Below are positions 25,801 through 40,010 of a stretch of 64,000 nucleotides of DNA, one piece after another. This stretch comes from the human T2T-CHM13v2.0 reference genome, Homo sapiens, in assembly GCF_009914755.1 (NCBI RefSeq), contig NC_060939.1. One strand, written 5' to 3'. The notes beneath the pieces are model-generated. The model was not told where the DNA came from, did not search any database, and saw nothing but the letters and a program-made list of their open reading frames with translations. Numbering within the stretch: the first letter of the stretch is position 1; every line of letters starts with the position of its first letter. The position numbers and the translations under genes were made by a program.

Positions 25801-28748
25801 CATTCAAGACCATTTCTTTTGAGTCCATTCTATTTGAGTCCATTCCCTTTGATTCCATAACATTTGAGTCCATTCAATTCCATTCCTTTCGTTTCCATTC
25901 CATTTGATGCCATTCCATTCAATTCTGTTCTACTCGACTCCAATACATTCAATTCCATTCCATCCGATTCCATTACATTCTTTTCATTTCTTATCCATTT
26001 CAAGCCATTCCACTCCATTCCATTCCACTCGTTTCCTTTCCATTCGAGTCCATTCCTCTCCAGTCCATTCCGTTCAATCCATTCCATTCCAGTCCATTCC
26101 ATTCGAGTCCGTTCCATTCCAGTCCATTCCATTCGAGTCAATTCCATTCCATTCGATGTCTTTCCATAACGATCCATTCCATTCTATTCCTTTCGATTCC
26201 ATTCCATTCTATTTCATTCCATTCGATTCCCTTCCATTGGACTCCTTTCCATTCGAGTGCATTCCATTCCGTTCCATTTCTTTCCGTTCTGTACGATTCC
26301 TACCGTTCGATTTCATTTTGTTCCAGTCCATTCCTTTCGCGTCCATTCCATTCCATTTCACTCCATTCGATTCCATTCCACTCGATTCCACTTCGTTCCA
26401 TTTCATTGCATTCCATTCTATTCAACTCTATTGCCTTCCATTCCATTCCATTCGATTACATTCCATGCGATTCCATTCGAAATCGAATCAATTACATTGC
26501 AATCCATTACTATTGAGTCCGTTTTATTCCAGTCCACTGCATTCTGGTCCATTCCATTTGATTCCATTCCATTCTATTCCATTCCATACAGTTGCATTCC
26601 ATTGGATTCCATGCTATATCTATAAATTCAATTCGAGACCATTGCTTTTGAGTCCATTCTATATGATTCCATTCCATTCAAGTCCATTACATTTGGTTCA
26701 ATTCCATTCCATTCCATTCCCTTCCATTCCATTCCATTTGATATCAATCCATTCGATTCCATTCCATTCGAGCACATTCCATTCGAGTCCATTCCATTCG
26801 ATGCCATTCCATTTGATTCTATTCCATTAGTCTCCATTCAATTCCATTAATCTCCATTCCATTCCATTCTACTCCAACTGATTCCATTCCATTCTATTCC
26901 TTTCCATTCCATTTCATTCCATTCCATTCCATTTCATTCCATTCCATTCCATTCGTGTCCATTCCACTCCAGTCCATTCCATTCGTGTCCATTCCATTCC
27001 AGTCCATTCCATTTGTGTCCACTGCATTCCATTCCACTCCATTCCATATTATTCCATTACACTCCATTCCATTCTATTACTTTCATTTCCATTCAATTCC
27101 ATTCCATTTGATTCCATTCCACTCGGTTTCATTCCATTTGAGTCCACTCCATTCCATTCCATTCCATTCCATTCAGTTCCATTCCATTCTGTTCCTTTCC
27201 ATTCCGTTCCATTACATTCCATTCCATTCGGTACCATTCCATATTGTTCCATTCGATTCCATTCGAATCCATTCCATTCCAGTCCATTCCATTCGATTCC
27301 ATTCCATTCATTTCAATTCCATTCCATTCCATTCCATTCCATTCCACTTGATTCCTCTCCATTCCCTTCCACTGCATTCCGTTCGATTCCATTCCATTGC
27401 ATTGCATTCCATTCCATTGGATTGCATTCCATTCGATTCCATTCCATTCGAATCAATTACATAGCAATCCATTACATTCGAGTCTATTCTCTTCCGTTCC
27501 ATTCGATTTCGTTCCAATCCATTCGATTCCATTCCATTCGATTCCATTCCATACTATTGCATTCCATTCGATTACATTATATTCGAATAAGTTCCATTCA
27601 AGACCATTTCTTTTGAGTCCATTCTATTTGAGTCCATTCCCTTTGATTCCATAACATTTGAGTCCATTCAATTCCATTCCTTTCGTTTCCATTCCATTTG
27701 ATGCCATTCCATTCAATTCTGTTCTACTCGACTCCAATACATTCAATTCCATTCCATCCGATTCCATTACATTCTTTTCATTTCTTATCCATTTCAAGCC
27801 ATTCCACTCCATTCCATTCCACTCGTTTCCTTTCCATTCGAGTCCATTCCTCTCCAGTCCATTCCGTTCAATCCATTCCATTCCAGTCCATTCCATTCGA
27901 GTCCGTTCCATTCCAGTCCATTCCATTCGAGTCAATTCCATTCCATTCGATGTCTTTCCATAACGATCCATTCCATTCTATTCCTTTCGATTCCATTCCA
28001 TTCTATTTCATTCCATTCGATTCCCTTCCATTGGACTCCTTTCCATTCGAGTGCATTCCATTCCTTTCCATTTCTTTCCGTTCTGTACGATTCCTACCGT
28101 TCGATTTCATTTTGTTCCAGTCCATTCCTTTCGCGTCCATTCCATTCCATTTCACTCCATTCGATTCCATTCCACTCGATTCCACTTCGTTCCATTTCAT
28201 TGCATTCCATTCTATTCAACTCTATTGCCTTCCATTCCATTCCATTCGATTACATTCCATGCGATTCCATTCGAAATCGAATCAATTACATTGCAATCCA
28301 TTACTATTGAGTCCGTTTTATTCCAGTCCACTGCATTCTGGTCCATTCCATTTGATTCCATTCCATTCTATTCCATTCCATACAGTTGCATTCCATTGGA
28401 TTCCATGCTATATCTATAAATTCAATTCGAGACCATTGCTTTTGAGTCCATTCTATATGATTCCATTCCATTCAAGTCCATTACATTTGGTTCAATTCCA
28501 TTCCATTCCATTCCCTTCCATTCCATTCCATTTGATATCAATCCATTCGATTCCATTCCATTCGAGCACATTCCATTCGAGTCCATTCCATTCGATGCCA
28601 TTCCATTTGATTCTATTCCATTAGTCTCCATTCAATTCCATTAATCTCCATTCCATTCCATTCTACTCCAACTGATTCCATTCCATTCTATTCCTTTCCA
28701 TTCCATTTCATTCCATTCCATTCCATTTCATTCCATTCCATTCCATTC

Positions 28749-30502
28749 GTGTCCATTCCACTCCAGTCCATTCCATTCGTGTCCATTCCATTCCAGTCCA
28801 TTCCATTTGTGTCCACTGCATTCCATTCCACTCCATTCCATATTATTCCATTACACTCCATTCCATTCTATTACTTTCATTTCCATTCAATTCCATTCCA
28901 TTTGATTCCATTCCACTCGGTTTCATTCCATTTGAGTCCACTCCATTCCATTCCATTCCATTCCATTCAGTTCCATTCCATTCTGTTCCATTCCATTCCA
29001 TTCCATTCGGTACCATTCCATAGTGTTCCATTCGATTCCATTCGAATCCATTCCATTCCAGTCCTTTCCATTCGATTCCATTCCATTCATTTCAATTCCA
29101 TTCCATTCCATTCCATTCCATTCCACTTGATTCCTCTCCATTCCCTTCCACTGCATTCCGTTCGATTCCATTCCATTGCATTGCATTCCATTCCATTGGA
29201 TTGCATTCCATTCGATTCCATTCCATTCGAATCAATTACATAGCAATCCATTACATTCGAGTCTATTCTCTTCCGTTCCATTCGATTTCGTTCCAATCCA
29301 TTCGATTCCATTCCATTCGATTCCATTCCATACTATTGCATTCCATTCGATTAAATTATATTCGAATAAGTTCCATTCAAGACCATTTCTTTTGAGTCCA
29401 TTCTATTTGAGTCCATTCCCTTTGATTCCATAACATTTGAGTCCATTCAATTCCATTCCTTTCGTTTCCATTCCATTTGATGCCATTCCATTCAATTCTG
29501 TTCTACTCGACTCCAATACATTCAATTCCATTCCATCCGATTCCATTACATTCTTTTCATTTCTTATCCATTTCAAGCCATTCCACTCCATTCCATTCCA
29601 CTCGTTTCCTTTCCATTCGAGTCCATTCCTCTCCAGTCCATTCCGTTCAATCCATTCCATTCCAGTCCATTCCATTCGAGTCCGTTCCATTCCATTCGAT
29701 GTCTTTCCATAACGATCCATTCCATTCTATTCCTTTCGATTCCATTCCATTCTATTTCATTCCATTCGATTCCCTTCCATTGGACTCCTTTCCATTCGAG
29801 TGCATTCCATTCCGTTCCATTTCTTTCCATTCTGTACGATTCCTACCGTTCGATTTCATTTTGTTCCAGTCCATTCCTTTCGCGTCCATTCCATTCCATT
29901 TCACTCCATTCGATTCCATTCCACTCGATTCCACTTTGTTCCATTTCATTGCATTCCATTCTATTCAACTCTATTGCCCTCCATTCCATTCCATTCGATT
30001 ACATTCCATGCGATTCCATTCGAAATCGAATCAATTACATTGCAATCCATTACTATTGAGTCCGTTTTATTCCAGTCCACTGCATTCTGGTCCATTCCAT
30101 TTGATTCCATTCCATTCTATTCCATTCCATACAGTTGCATTCCATTGGATTCCATTCTATATCTATAAATTCAATTCGAGACCATTGCTTTTGAGTCCAT
30201 TCTATATGATTCCATTCCATTCAAGTCCATTACATTTGGTTCAATTCCATTCCATTCCATTCCATTCCCTTCCATTCCATTCCAGTTGATATCAATCCAT
30301 TCGATTCCATTCCATTCGAGCACATACCATTCGAGTCCATTCCATTCGATGCCATTCCATTTGATTCTATTCCATTAGTCTCCATTCAATTCCATTAATC
30401 TCCATTCCATTCCATTCTACTCCAACTGATTCCATTCCATTCTATTCCTTTCCATTCCATTTCATTCCATTCCATTCCATTTCATTCCATTCCATTCCAT
30501 TC
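28749..30502 (+). repeat. Variant monomer type D, copy 1 (U17, 1754 bp)
   Basis: 15-bp deletion before KpnI (~28990), 30-bp deletion (~29690), +5 bp (~30250). Linked SNVs: CATAGTGTT, GATTAAATTA, TTCTTTCCAT, CCACTTTGTT, GCCCTCC, TTCTATATCT, CAGTTGAT. Confidence 0.9.
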
Positions 30503-33500
30503 GTGTCCATTCCACTCCAGTCCATTCCATTCGTGTCCATTCCATTCCAGTCCATTCCATTTGTGTCCACTGCATTCCATTCCACTCCATTCCATATTAT
30601 TCCATTACACTCCATTCCATTCTATTACTTTCATTTCCATTCAATTCCATTCCATTTGATTCCATTCCACTCGGTTTCATTCCATTTGAGTCCACTCCAT
30701 TCCATTCCATTCCATTCCATTCAGTTCCATTCCATTCTGTTCCATTCCATTCCGTTCCATTACATTCCATTCCATTCGGTACCATTCCATATTGTTCCAT
30801 TCGATTCCATTCGAATCCATTCCATTCCAGTCCATTCCATTCGATTCCATTCCATTCATTTCAATTCCATTCCATTCCATTACATTCCATTCCACTTGAT
30901 TCCTCTCCATTCCCTTCCACTGCATTCCGTTCGATTCCATTCCATTGCATTGCATTCCATTCCATTGGATTGCATTCCATTCGATTCCATTCCATTCGAA
31001 TCAATTACATAGCAATCCATTACATTCCAGTCTATTCTATTCCGTTCCATTCGATTTCGTTCCAATCCATTCGATTCCATTCCATTCGATTCCATTCCAT
31101 ACTATTGCATTCCATTCGATTACATTATATTCGAATAAGTTCCATTCAAGACCATTTCTTTTGAGTCCATTCTATTTGAGTCCATTCCCTTTGATTCCAT
31201 AACATTTGAGTCCATTCAATTCCATTCCTTTCGTTTCCATTCCATTTGATGCCATTCCATTCAATTCTGTTCTACTCGACTCCAATACATTCAATTCCAT
31301 TCCATCCGATTCCATTACATTCTTTTCATTTCTTATCCATTTCAAGCCATTCCACTCCATTCCATTCCACTCGTTTCCTTTCCATTCGAGTCCATTCCTC
31401 TCCAGTCCATTCCGTTCAATCCATTCCATTCCAGTCCATTCCATTCGAGTCCGTTCCATTCCAGTCCATTCCATTCGAGTCAATTCCATCCCATTCGATG
31501 TCTTTCCATAACGATCCATTCCATTCTATTCCTTTCGATTCCATTCCATTCTATTTCATTCCATTCGATTCCCTTCCATTGGACTCCTTTCCATTCGAGT
31601 GCATTCCATTCCGTTCCATTTCTTTCCGTTCTGTACGATTCCTACCGTTCGATTTCATTTTGTTCCAGTCCATTCCTTTCGCGTCCATTCCATTCCATTT
31701 CACTCCATTCGATTCCATTCCACTCGATTCCACTTCGTTCCATTTCATTGCATTCCATTCTATTCAACTCTATTGCCTTCCATTCCATTCCATTCGATTA
31801 CATTCCATGCGATTCCATTCGAAATCGAATCAATTACATTGCAATCCATTACTATTGAGTCCGTTTTATTCCAGTCCACTGCATTCTGGTCCATTCCATT
31901 TGATTCCATTCCATTCTATTCCATTCCATACAGTTGCATTCCATTGGATTCCATGCTATATCTATAAATTCAATTCGAGACCATTGCTTTTGAGTCCATT
32001 CTATATGATTCCATTCCATTCAAGTCCATTACATTTGGTTCAATTCCATTCCATTCCATTCCCTTCCATTCCATTCCATTTGATATCAATCCATTCGATT
32101 CCATTCCATTCGAGCACATTCCATTCGAGTCCATTCCATTCGATGCCATTCCATTTGATTCTATTCCATTAGTCTCCATTCTATTCCATTAATCTCCATT
32201 CCATTCCATTCTACTCCAACTGATTCCATTTCATTCTATTCCTTTCCATTCCATTTCATTCCATTCCATTCCATTCGTGTCCATTCCACTCCAGTCCATT
32301 CCATTCGTGTCCATTCCATTCCAGTCCATTACATTTGTGTCCACTGCATTCCATTCCACTCCATTCCATATTATTCCATTACACTCCATTCCATTCTATT
32401 ACTTTCATTTCCATTCAATTCCATTCCATTTGATTCCATTCCACTCGGTTTCATTCCATTTGAGTCCACTCCATTCCATTCCATTCCATTCCATTCAGTT
32501 CCATTCCATTCTGTTCCATTCCATTCCGTTCCATTACATTCCATTCCATTCGGTACCATTCCATATTGTTCCATTCGATTCCATTCGAATCCATTCCATT
32601 CCAGTCCATTCCATTCGATTCCATTCCATTCATTTCAATTCCATTCCATTCCATTCCATTCCATTCCACTTGATTCCTCTCCATTCCCTTCCACTGCATT
32701 CCGTTCGATTCCATTGCATTGCATTGCATTCCATTCCATTGGATTGCATTCCATTCGATTCCATTCCATTCGAATCAATTACATAGCAATCCATTACATT
32801 CGAGTCTATTCTATTCCGTTCCATTCGATTTCGTTCCAATCCATTCGATTCCATTCCATTCGATTCCATTCCATACTATTGCATTCCATTCGATTACATT
32901 ATATTTGAATAAGTTCCATTCAAGACCATTTCTTTTGAGTCCATTCTATTTGAGTCCATTCCCTTTGATTCCATAACATTTGAGTCCATTCAATTCCATT
33001 CCTTTCTTTTCCATTCCATTTGATGCCATTCCATTCAATTCTGTTCTACTCGACTCCAATACATTCAATTCCATTCCATCCGATTCCATTACATTCTTTT
33101 CATTTCTTATCCATTTCAAGCCATTCCACTCCATTCCATTCCACTCGTTTCCTTTCCATTCGAGTCCATTCCTCTCCAGTCCATTCCGTTCAATCCATTC
33201 CATTCCAGTCCATTCCATTCGAGTCCGTTCCATTCCAGTCCATTCCATTCAAGTCAATTCCATTCCATTCGATGTCTTTCCATAACGATCCATTCCATTC
33301 TATTCCTTTCGATTCCATTCCATTCTATTTCATTCCATTCGATTCCCTTCCATTGGACTCCTTTCCATTCGAGTGCATTCCATTCCTTTCCATTTCTTTC
33401 CGTTCTGTACGATTCCTACCGTTCGATTTCATTTTGTTCCAGTCCATTCCTTTCGCGTCCATTCCATTCCATTTCACTCCATTCGATTCCATTCCACTCG

Positions 33501-36500
33501 ATTCCACTTCGTTCCATTTCATTGCATTCCATTCTATTCAACTCTATTGCCTTCCATTCCATTCCATTCGATTACATTCCATGCGATTCCATTCGAAATC
33601 GAATCAATTACATTGCAATCCATTACTATTGAGTCCGTTTTATTCCAGTCCACTGCATTCTGGTCCATTCCATTTGATTCCATTCCATTCTATTCCATTC
33701 CATACAGTTGCATTCCATTGGATTCCATGCTATATCTATAAATTCAATTCGAGACCATTGCTTTTGAGTCCATTCTATATGATTCCATTCCATTCAAGTC
33801 CATTACATTTGGTTCAATTCCATTCCATTCCATTCCCTTCCATTCCATTCCATTTGATATCAATCCATTCGATTCCATTCCATTCGAGCACATTCCATTC
33901 GAGTCCATTCCATTCGATGCCATTCCATTTGATTCTATTCCATTAGTCTCCATTCAATTCCATTAATCTCCATTCCATTCCATTCTACTCCAACTGATTC
34001 CATTCCATTCTATTCCTTTCCATTCCATTTCATTCCATTCCATTCCATTTCATTCCATTCCATTCCATTCGTGTCCATTCCACTCCAGTCCATTCCATTC
34101 GTGTCCATTCCATTCCAGTCCATTCCATTTGTGTCCACTGCATTCCATTCCACTCCATTCCATATTATTCCATTACACTCCATTCCATTCTATTACTTTC
34201 ATTTCCATTCAATTCCATTCCATTTGATTCCATTCCACTCGGTTTCATTCCATTTGAGTCCACTCCATTCCATTCCATTCCATTCCATTCAGTTCCATTC
34301 CATTCTGTTCCATTCCATTCCGTTCCATTACATTCCATTCCATTCGGTACCATTCCATATTGTTCCATTCGATTCCATTCGAATCCATTCCATTCCAGTC
34401 CATTCCATTCGATTCCATTCCATTCATTTCAATTCCATTCCATTCCATTCCATTACATTCCACTTGATTCCTCTCCATTCCCTTCCACTGCATTCCGTTC
34501 GATTCCATTCCATTGCATTGCATTCCATTCCATTGGATTGCATTCCATTCGATTCCATTCCATTCGAATCAATTACATAGCAATCCATTACATTCGAGTC
34601 TATTCTCTTCCGTTCCATTCGATTTCGTTCCAATCCATTCGATTCCATTCCATTCGATTCCATTCCATACTATTGCATTCCATTCGATTACATTATATTC
34701 GAATAAGTTCCATTCAAGACCATTTCTTTTGAGTCCATTCTATTTGAGTCCATTCCCTTTGATTCCATAACATTTGAGTCCATTCAATTCCATTCCTTTC
34801 GTTTCCATTCCATTTGATGCCATTCCATTCAATTCTGTTCTACTCGACTCCAATACATTCCATTCCATTCCATCCGATTCCATTACATTCTTTTCATTTC
34901 TTATCCATTTCAAGCCATTCCACTCCATTCCATTCCACTCGTTTCCTTTCCATTCGAGTCCATTCCTCTCCAGTCCATTCCGTTCAATCCATTCCATTCC
35001 AGTCCATTCCATTCGAGTCCGTTCCATTCCAGTCCATTCCATTCGAGTCAATTCCATTCCATTCGATGTCTTTCCATAACGATCCATACCATTCTATTCC
35101 TTTCGATTCCATTCCATTCTATTTCATTCCATTCGATTCCCTTCCATTGGACTCCTTTCCATTCGAGTGCATTCCATTCCTTTCCATTTCTTTCCGTTCT
35201 GTACGATTCCTACCGTTCGATTTCATTTTGTTCCAGTCCATTCCTTTCGCGTCCATTCCATTCCATTTCACTCCATTCGATTCCATTCCACTCCATTCCA
35301 CTTCGTTCCATTTCATTGCATTCCATTCTATTCAACTCTATTGCCTTCCATTCCATTCCATTCGATTACATTCCATGCGATTCCATTCGAAATCGAATCA
35401 ATTACATTGCAATCCATTACTATTGAGTCCGTTTTATTCCAGTCCACTGCATTCTGGTCCATTCCATTTGATTCCATTCCATTCTATTCCATTCCATACA
35501 GTTGCATTCCATTGGATTCCATGCTATATCTATAAATTCAATTCGAGACCATTGCTTTTGAGTCCATTCTATATGATTCCATTCCATTCAAGTCCATTAC
35601 ATTTGGTTCCATTCCATTCCATTCCATTCCCTTCCATTCCATTCCATTTGATATCAATCCATTCGATTCCATTCCATTCGAGCACATTCCATTCGAGTCC
35701 ATTCCATTCGATGCCATTCCATTTGATTCTATTCCATTAGTCTCCATTCAATTCCATTAATCTCCATTCCATTCCATTCTACTCCAACTGATTCCATTCC
35801 ATTCTATTCCTTTCCATTCCATTTCATTCCATTCCATTCCATTTCATTCCATTCCATTCCATTCGTGTCCATTCCACTCCAGTCCATTCCATTCGTGTCC
35901 ATTCCATTCCAGTCCATTCCATTTGTGTCCACTGCATTCCATTCCACTCCATTCCATATTATTCCATTACACTCCATTCCATTCTATTACTTTCATTTCC
36001 ATTCAATTCCATTCCATTTGATTCCATTCCACTCGGTTTCATTCCATTTGAGTCCACTCCATTCCATTCCATTCCATTCCATTCAGTTCCATTCCATTCT
36101 GTTCCATTCCATTCCGTTCCATTACATTCCATTCCATTCGGTACCATTCCATATTGTTCCATTCGATTCCATTCGAATCCATTCCATTCCAGTCCATTCC
36201 ATTCGATTCCATTCCATTCATTTCAATTCCATTCCATTCCATTCCATTACATTCCACTTGATTCCTCTCCATTCCCTTCCACTGCATTCCGTTCGATTCC
36301 ATTCCATTGCATTGCATTCCATTCCATTGGATTGCATTCCATTCGATTCCATTCCATTCGAATCAATTACATAGCAATCCATTACATTCGAGTCTATTCT
36401 CTTCCGTTCCATTCGATTTCGTTCCAATCCATTCGATTCCATTCCATTCGATTCCATTCCATACTATTGCATTCCATTCGATTACATTATATTCGAATAA

Positions 36501-37673
36501 GTTCCATTCAAGACCATTTCTTTTGAGTCCATTCTATTTGAGTCCATTCCCTTTGATTCCATAACATTTGAGTCCATTCAATTCCATTCCTTTCGTTTCC
36601 ATTCCATTTGATGCCATTCCATTCAATTCTGTTCTACTCGACTCCAATACATTCAATTCCATTCCATCCGATTCCATTACATTCTTTTCATTTCTTATCC
36701 ATTTCAAGCCATTCCACTCCATTCCATTCCACTCGTTTCCTTTCCATTCGAGTCCATTCCTCTCCAGTCCATTCCGTTCAATCCATTCCATTCCAGTCCA
36801 TTCCATTCGAGTCCGTTCCATTCCAGTCCATTCCATTCGAGTCAATTCCATTCCATTCGATGTCTTTCCATAACGATCCATTCCATTCTATTACTTTCGA
36901 CTCCATTCCATTCTATTTCATTCCATTCGATTCCCTTCCATTGGACTCCTTTCCATTCGAGTGCATTCCATTCCGTTCCATTTCTTTCCGATCTGTACGA
37001 TTCCTACCGTTCGATTTCATTTTGTTCCAGTCCATTCCTTTCGCGTCCATTCCATTCCATTTCACTACATTCGATTCCATTCCATTCGATTCCATTCTAC
37101 TCGATTCCACTTCGTTCCATTTCATTGCATTCCATTCTATTCAACTCTATTGCCTTCCATTCCATTCCATTCGATTACATTCCATGCGATTCCATTAGAA
37201 ATCGAATCAATTACATTGCAATCCATTACTATTGAGTCCGTTTTATTCCAGTCCACTGCATTCTGGTCCATTCCATTTGATTCCATTCCATTCTATTCCA
37301 TTCCATGCAGTTGCATTCCATTGGATTCCATGCTATATCTATAAATTCAATTCGAGACCATTGCTTTTGAGTCCATTCTATATGATTCCATTCCATTCAA
37401 GTCCATTACATTTGGTTCAATTCCATTCCATTCCATTCCCTTCCATTCCATTCCATTTGATATCAATCCATTCAATTCCATTCCATTCGAGCACATTCCA
37501 TTCGAGTCCATTCCATTCGATGCCATTCCATTTGATTCTATTCCATTAGTCTCCATTCAATTCCATTAATCTCCATTCCATTCCATTCTACTCCAACTGA
37601 TTCCATTCCATTCTATTCCTTTCCATTCCATTTCATTCCATTCCATTCCATTTCATTCCATTCCATTCCATTC

Positions 37674-39472
37674 GTGTCCATTCCACTCCAGTCCATTCCA
37701 TTCGTGTCCATTCCATTCCAGTCCATTCCATTTGTGTCCACTGCATTCCATTCCACTCCATTCCATATTATTCCATTACACTCCATTCCATTCTATTACT
37801 TTCATTTCCATTCAATTCCATTCCATTTGATTCCATTCCACTCGGTTTCATTCCATTTGAGTCCACTCCATTCCATTCCATTCCATTCCATTCAGTTCCA
37901 TTCCATTCTGTTCCATTCCATTCCATTCCATTCGGTACCATTCCATAGTGTTCCATTCGATTCCATTCGAATCCATTCCATTCTGTTCCATTCCATTCCA
38001 TTCCATTCGGTACCATTCCATAGTGTTCCATTCGATTCCATTCGATTCCATTCCATTCATTTCAATTCCATTCCATTCCATTCCATTCCATTCCACTTGA
38101 TTCCTCTCCATTCCCTTCCACTGCATTCCGTTCGATTCCATTCCATTGCATTGCATTCCATTCCATTGGATTGCATTCCATTCGATTCCATTCCATTCGA
38201 ATCAGTTACATAGCAATCCATTACATTCGAGTCTATTCTCTTCCGTTCCATTCGATTTCGTTCCAATCCATTCGATTCCATTCCATTCGATTCCATTCCA
38301 TACTATTGCATTCCATTCGATTAAATTATATTCGAATAAGTTCCATTCAAGACCATTTCTTTTGAGTCCATTCTATTTGAGTCCATTCCCTTTGATTCCA
38401 TAACATTTGAGTCCATTCAATTCCATTCCTTTCGTTTCCATTCCATTTGATGCCATTCCATTCAATTCTGTTCTACTCGACTCCAATACATTCAATTCCA
38501 TTCCATCCGATTCCATTACATTCTTTTCATTTCTTATCCATTTCAAGCCATTCCACTCCATTCCATTCCACTCGTTTCCTTTCCATTCGAGTCCATTCCT
38601 CTCCAGTCCATTCCGTTCAATCCATTCCATTCCAGTCCATTCCATTCGAGTCCGTTCCATTCCATTCGATGTCTTTCCATAACGATCCATTCCATTCTAT
38701 TCCTTTCGATTCCATTCCATTCTATTTCATTCCATTCGATTCCCTTCCATTGGACTCCTTTCCATTCGAGTGCATTCCATTCCGTTCCATTTCTTTCCAT
38801 TCTGTACGATTCCTACCGTTCGATTTCATTTTGTTCCAGTCCATTCCTTTCGCGTCCATTCCATTCCATTTCACTCCATTCGATTCCATTCCACTCGATT
38901 CCACTTTGTTCCATTTCATTGCATTCCATTCTATTCAACTCTATTGCCCTCCATTCCATTCCATTCGATTACATTCCATGCGATTCCATTCGAAATCGAA
39001 TCAATTACATTGCAATCCATTACTATTGAGTCCGTTTTATTCCAGTCCACTGCATTCTGGTCCATTCCATTTGATTCCATTCCATTCTATTCCATTCCAT
39101 ACAGTTGCATTCCATTGGATTCCATTCTATATCTATAAATTCAATTCGAGACCATTGCTTTTGAGTCCATTCTATATGATTCCATTCCATTCAAGTCCAT
39201 TACATTTGGTTCAATTCCATTCCATTCCATTCCATTCCCTTCCATTCCATTCCAGTTGATATCAATCCATTCGATTCCATTCCATTCGAGCACATTCCAT
39301 TCGAGTCCATTCCATTCGATGCCATTCCATTTGATTCTATTCCACTAGTCTCCATTCAATTCCATTAATCTCCATTCCATTCCATTCTACTCCAACTGAT
39401 TCCATTCCATTCTATTCCTTTCCATTCCATTTCATTCCATTCCATTCCATTTCATTCCATTCCATTCCATTC
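37674..39472 (+). repeat. Variant monomer type D, copy 2 (U22, 1799 bp), with duplicated KpnI segment
   Basis: Same D markers plus GGTACC at both 37934 and 38009, ATCAGTTAC (38201-38209) and ACTAGT (39344). Confidence 0.9.
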
Positions 39473-40010
39473 GTGTCCATTCCACTCCAGTCCATTCCAT
39501 TCGTGTCCATTCCATTCCAGTCCATTCCATTTGTGTCCACTGCATTCCATTCCACTCCATTCCATATTATTCCATTACACTCCATTCCATTCTATTACTT
39601 TCATTTCCATTCAATTCCATTCCATTTGATTCCATTCCACTCGGTTTCATTCCATTTGAGTCCACTCCATTCCATTCCATTCCATTCCATTCAGTTCCAT
39701 TCCATTCTGTTCCATTCCATTCCGTTCCATTACATTCCATTCCATTCGGTACCATTCCATATTGTTCCATTCGATTCCATTCGAATCCATTCCATTCCAG
39801 TCCATTCCATTCGATTCCATTCCATTCATTTCAATTCCATTCCATTCCATTCCATTCCATTCCACTTGATTCCTCTCCATTCCCTTCCACTGCATTCCGT
39901 TCGATTCCATTCCATTGCATTGCATTCCATTCCATTGGATTGCATTCCATTCGATTCCATTCCATTCGAATCAATTACATAGCAATCCATTACATTCCAG
40001 TCTATTCTAT

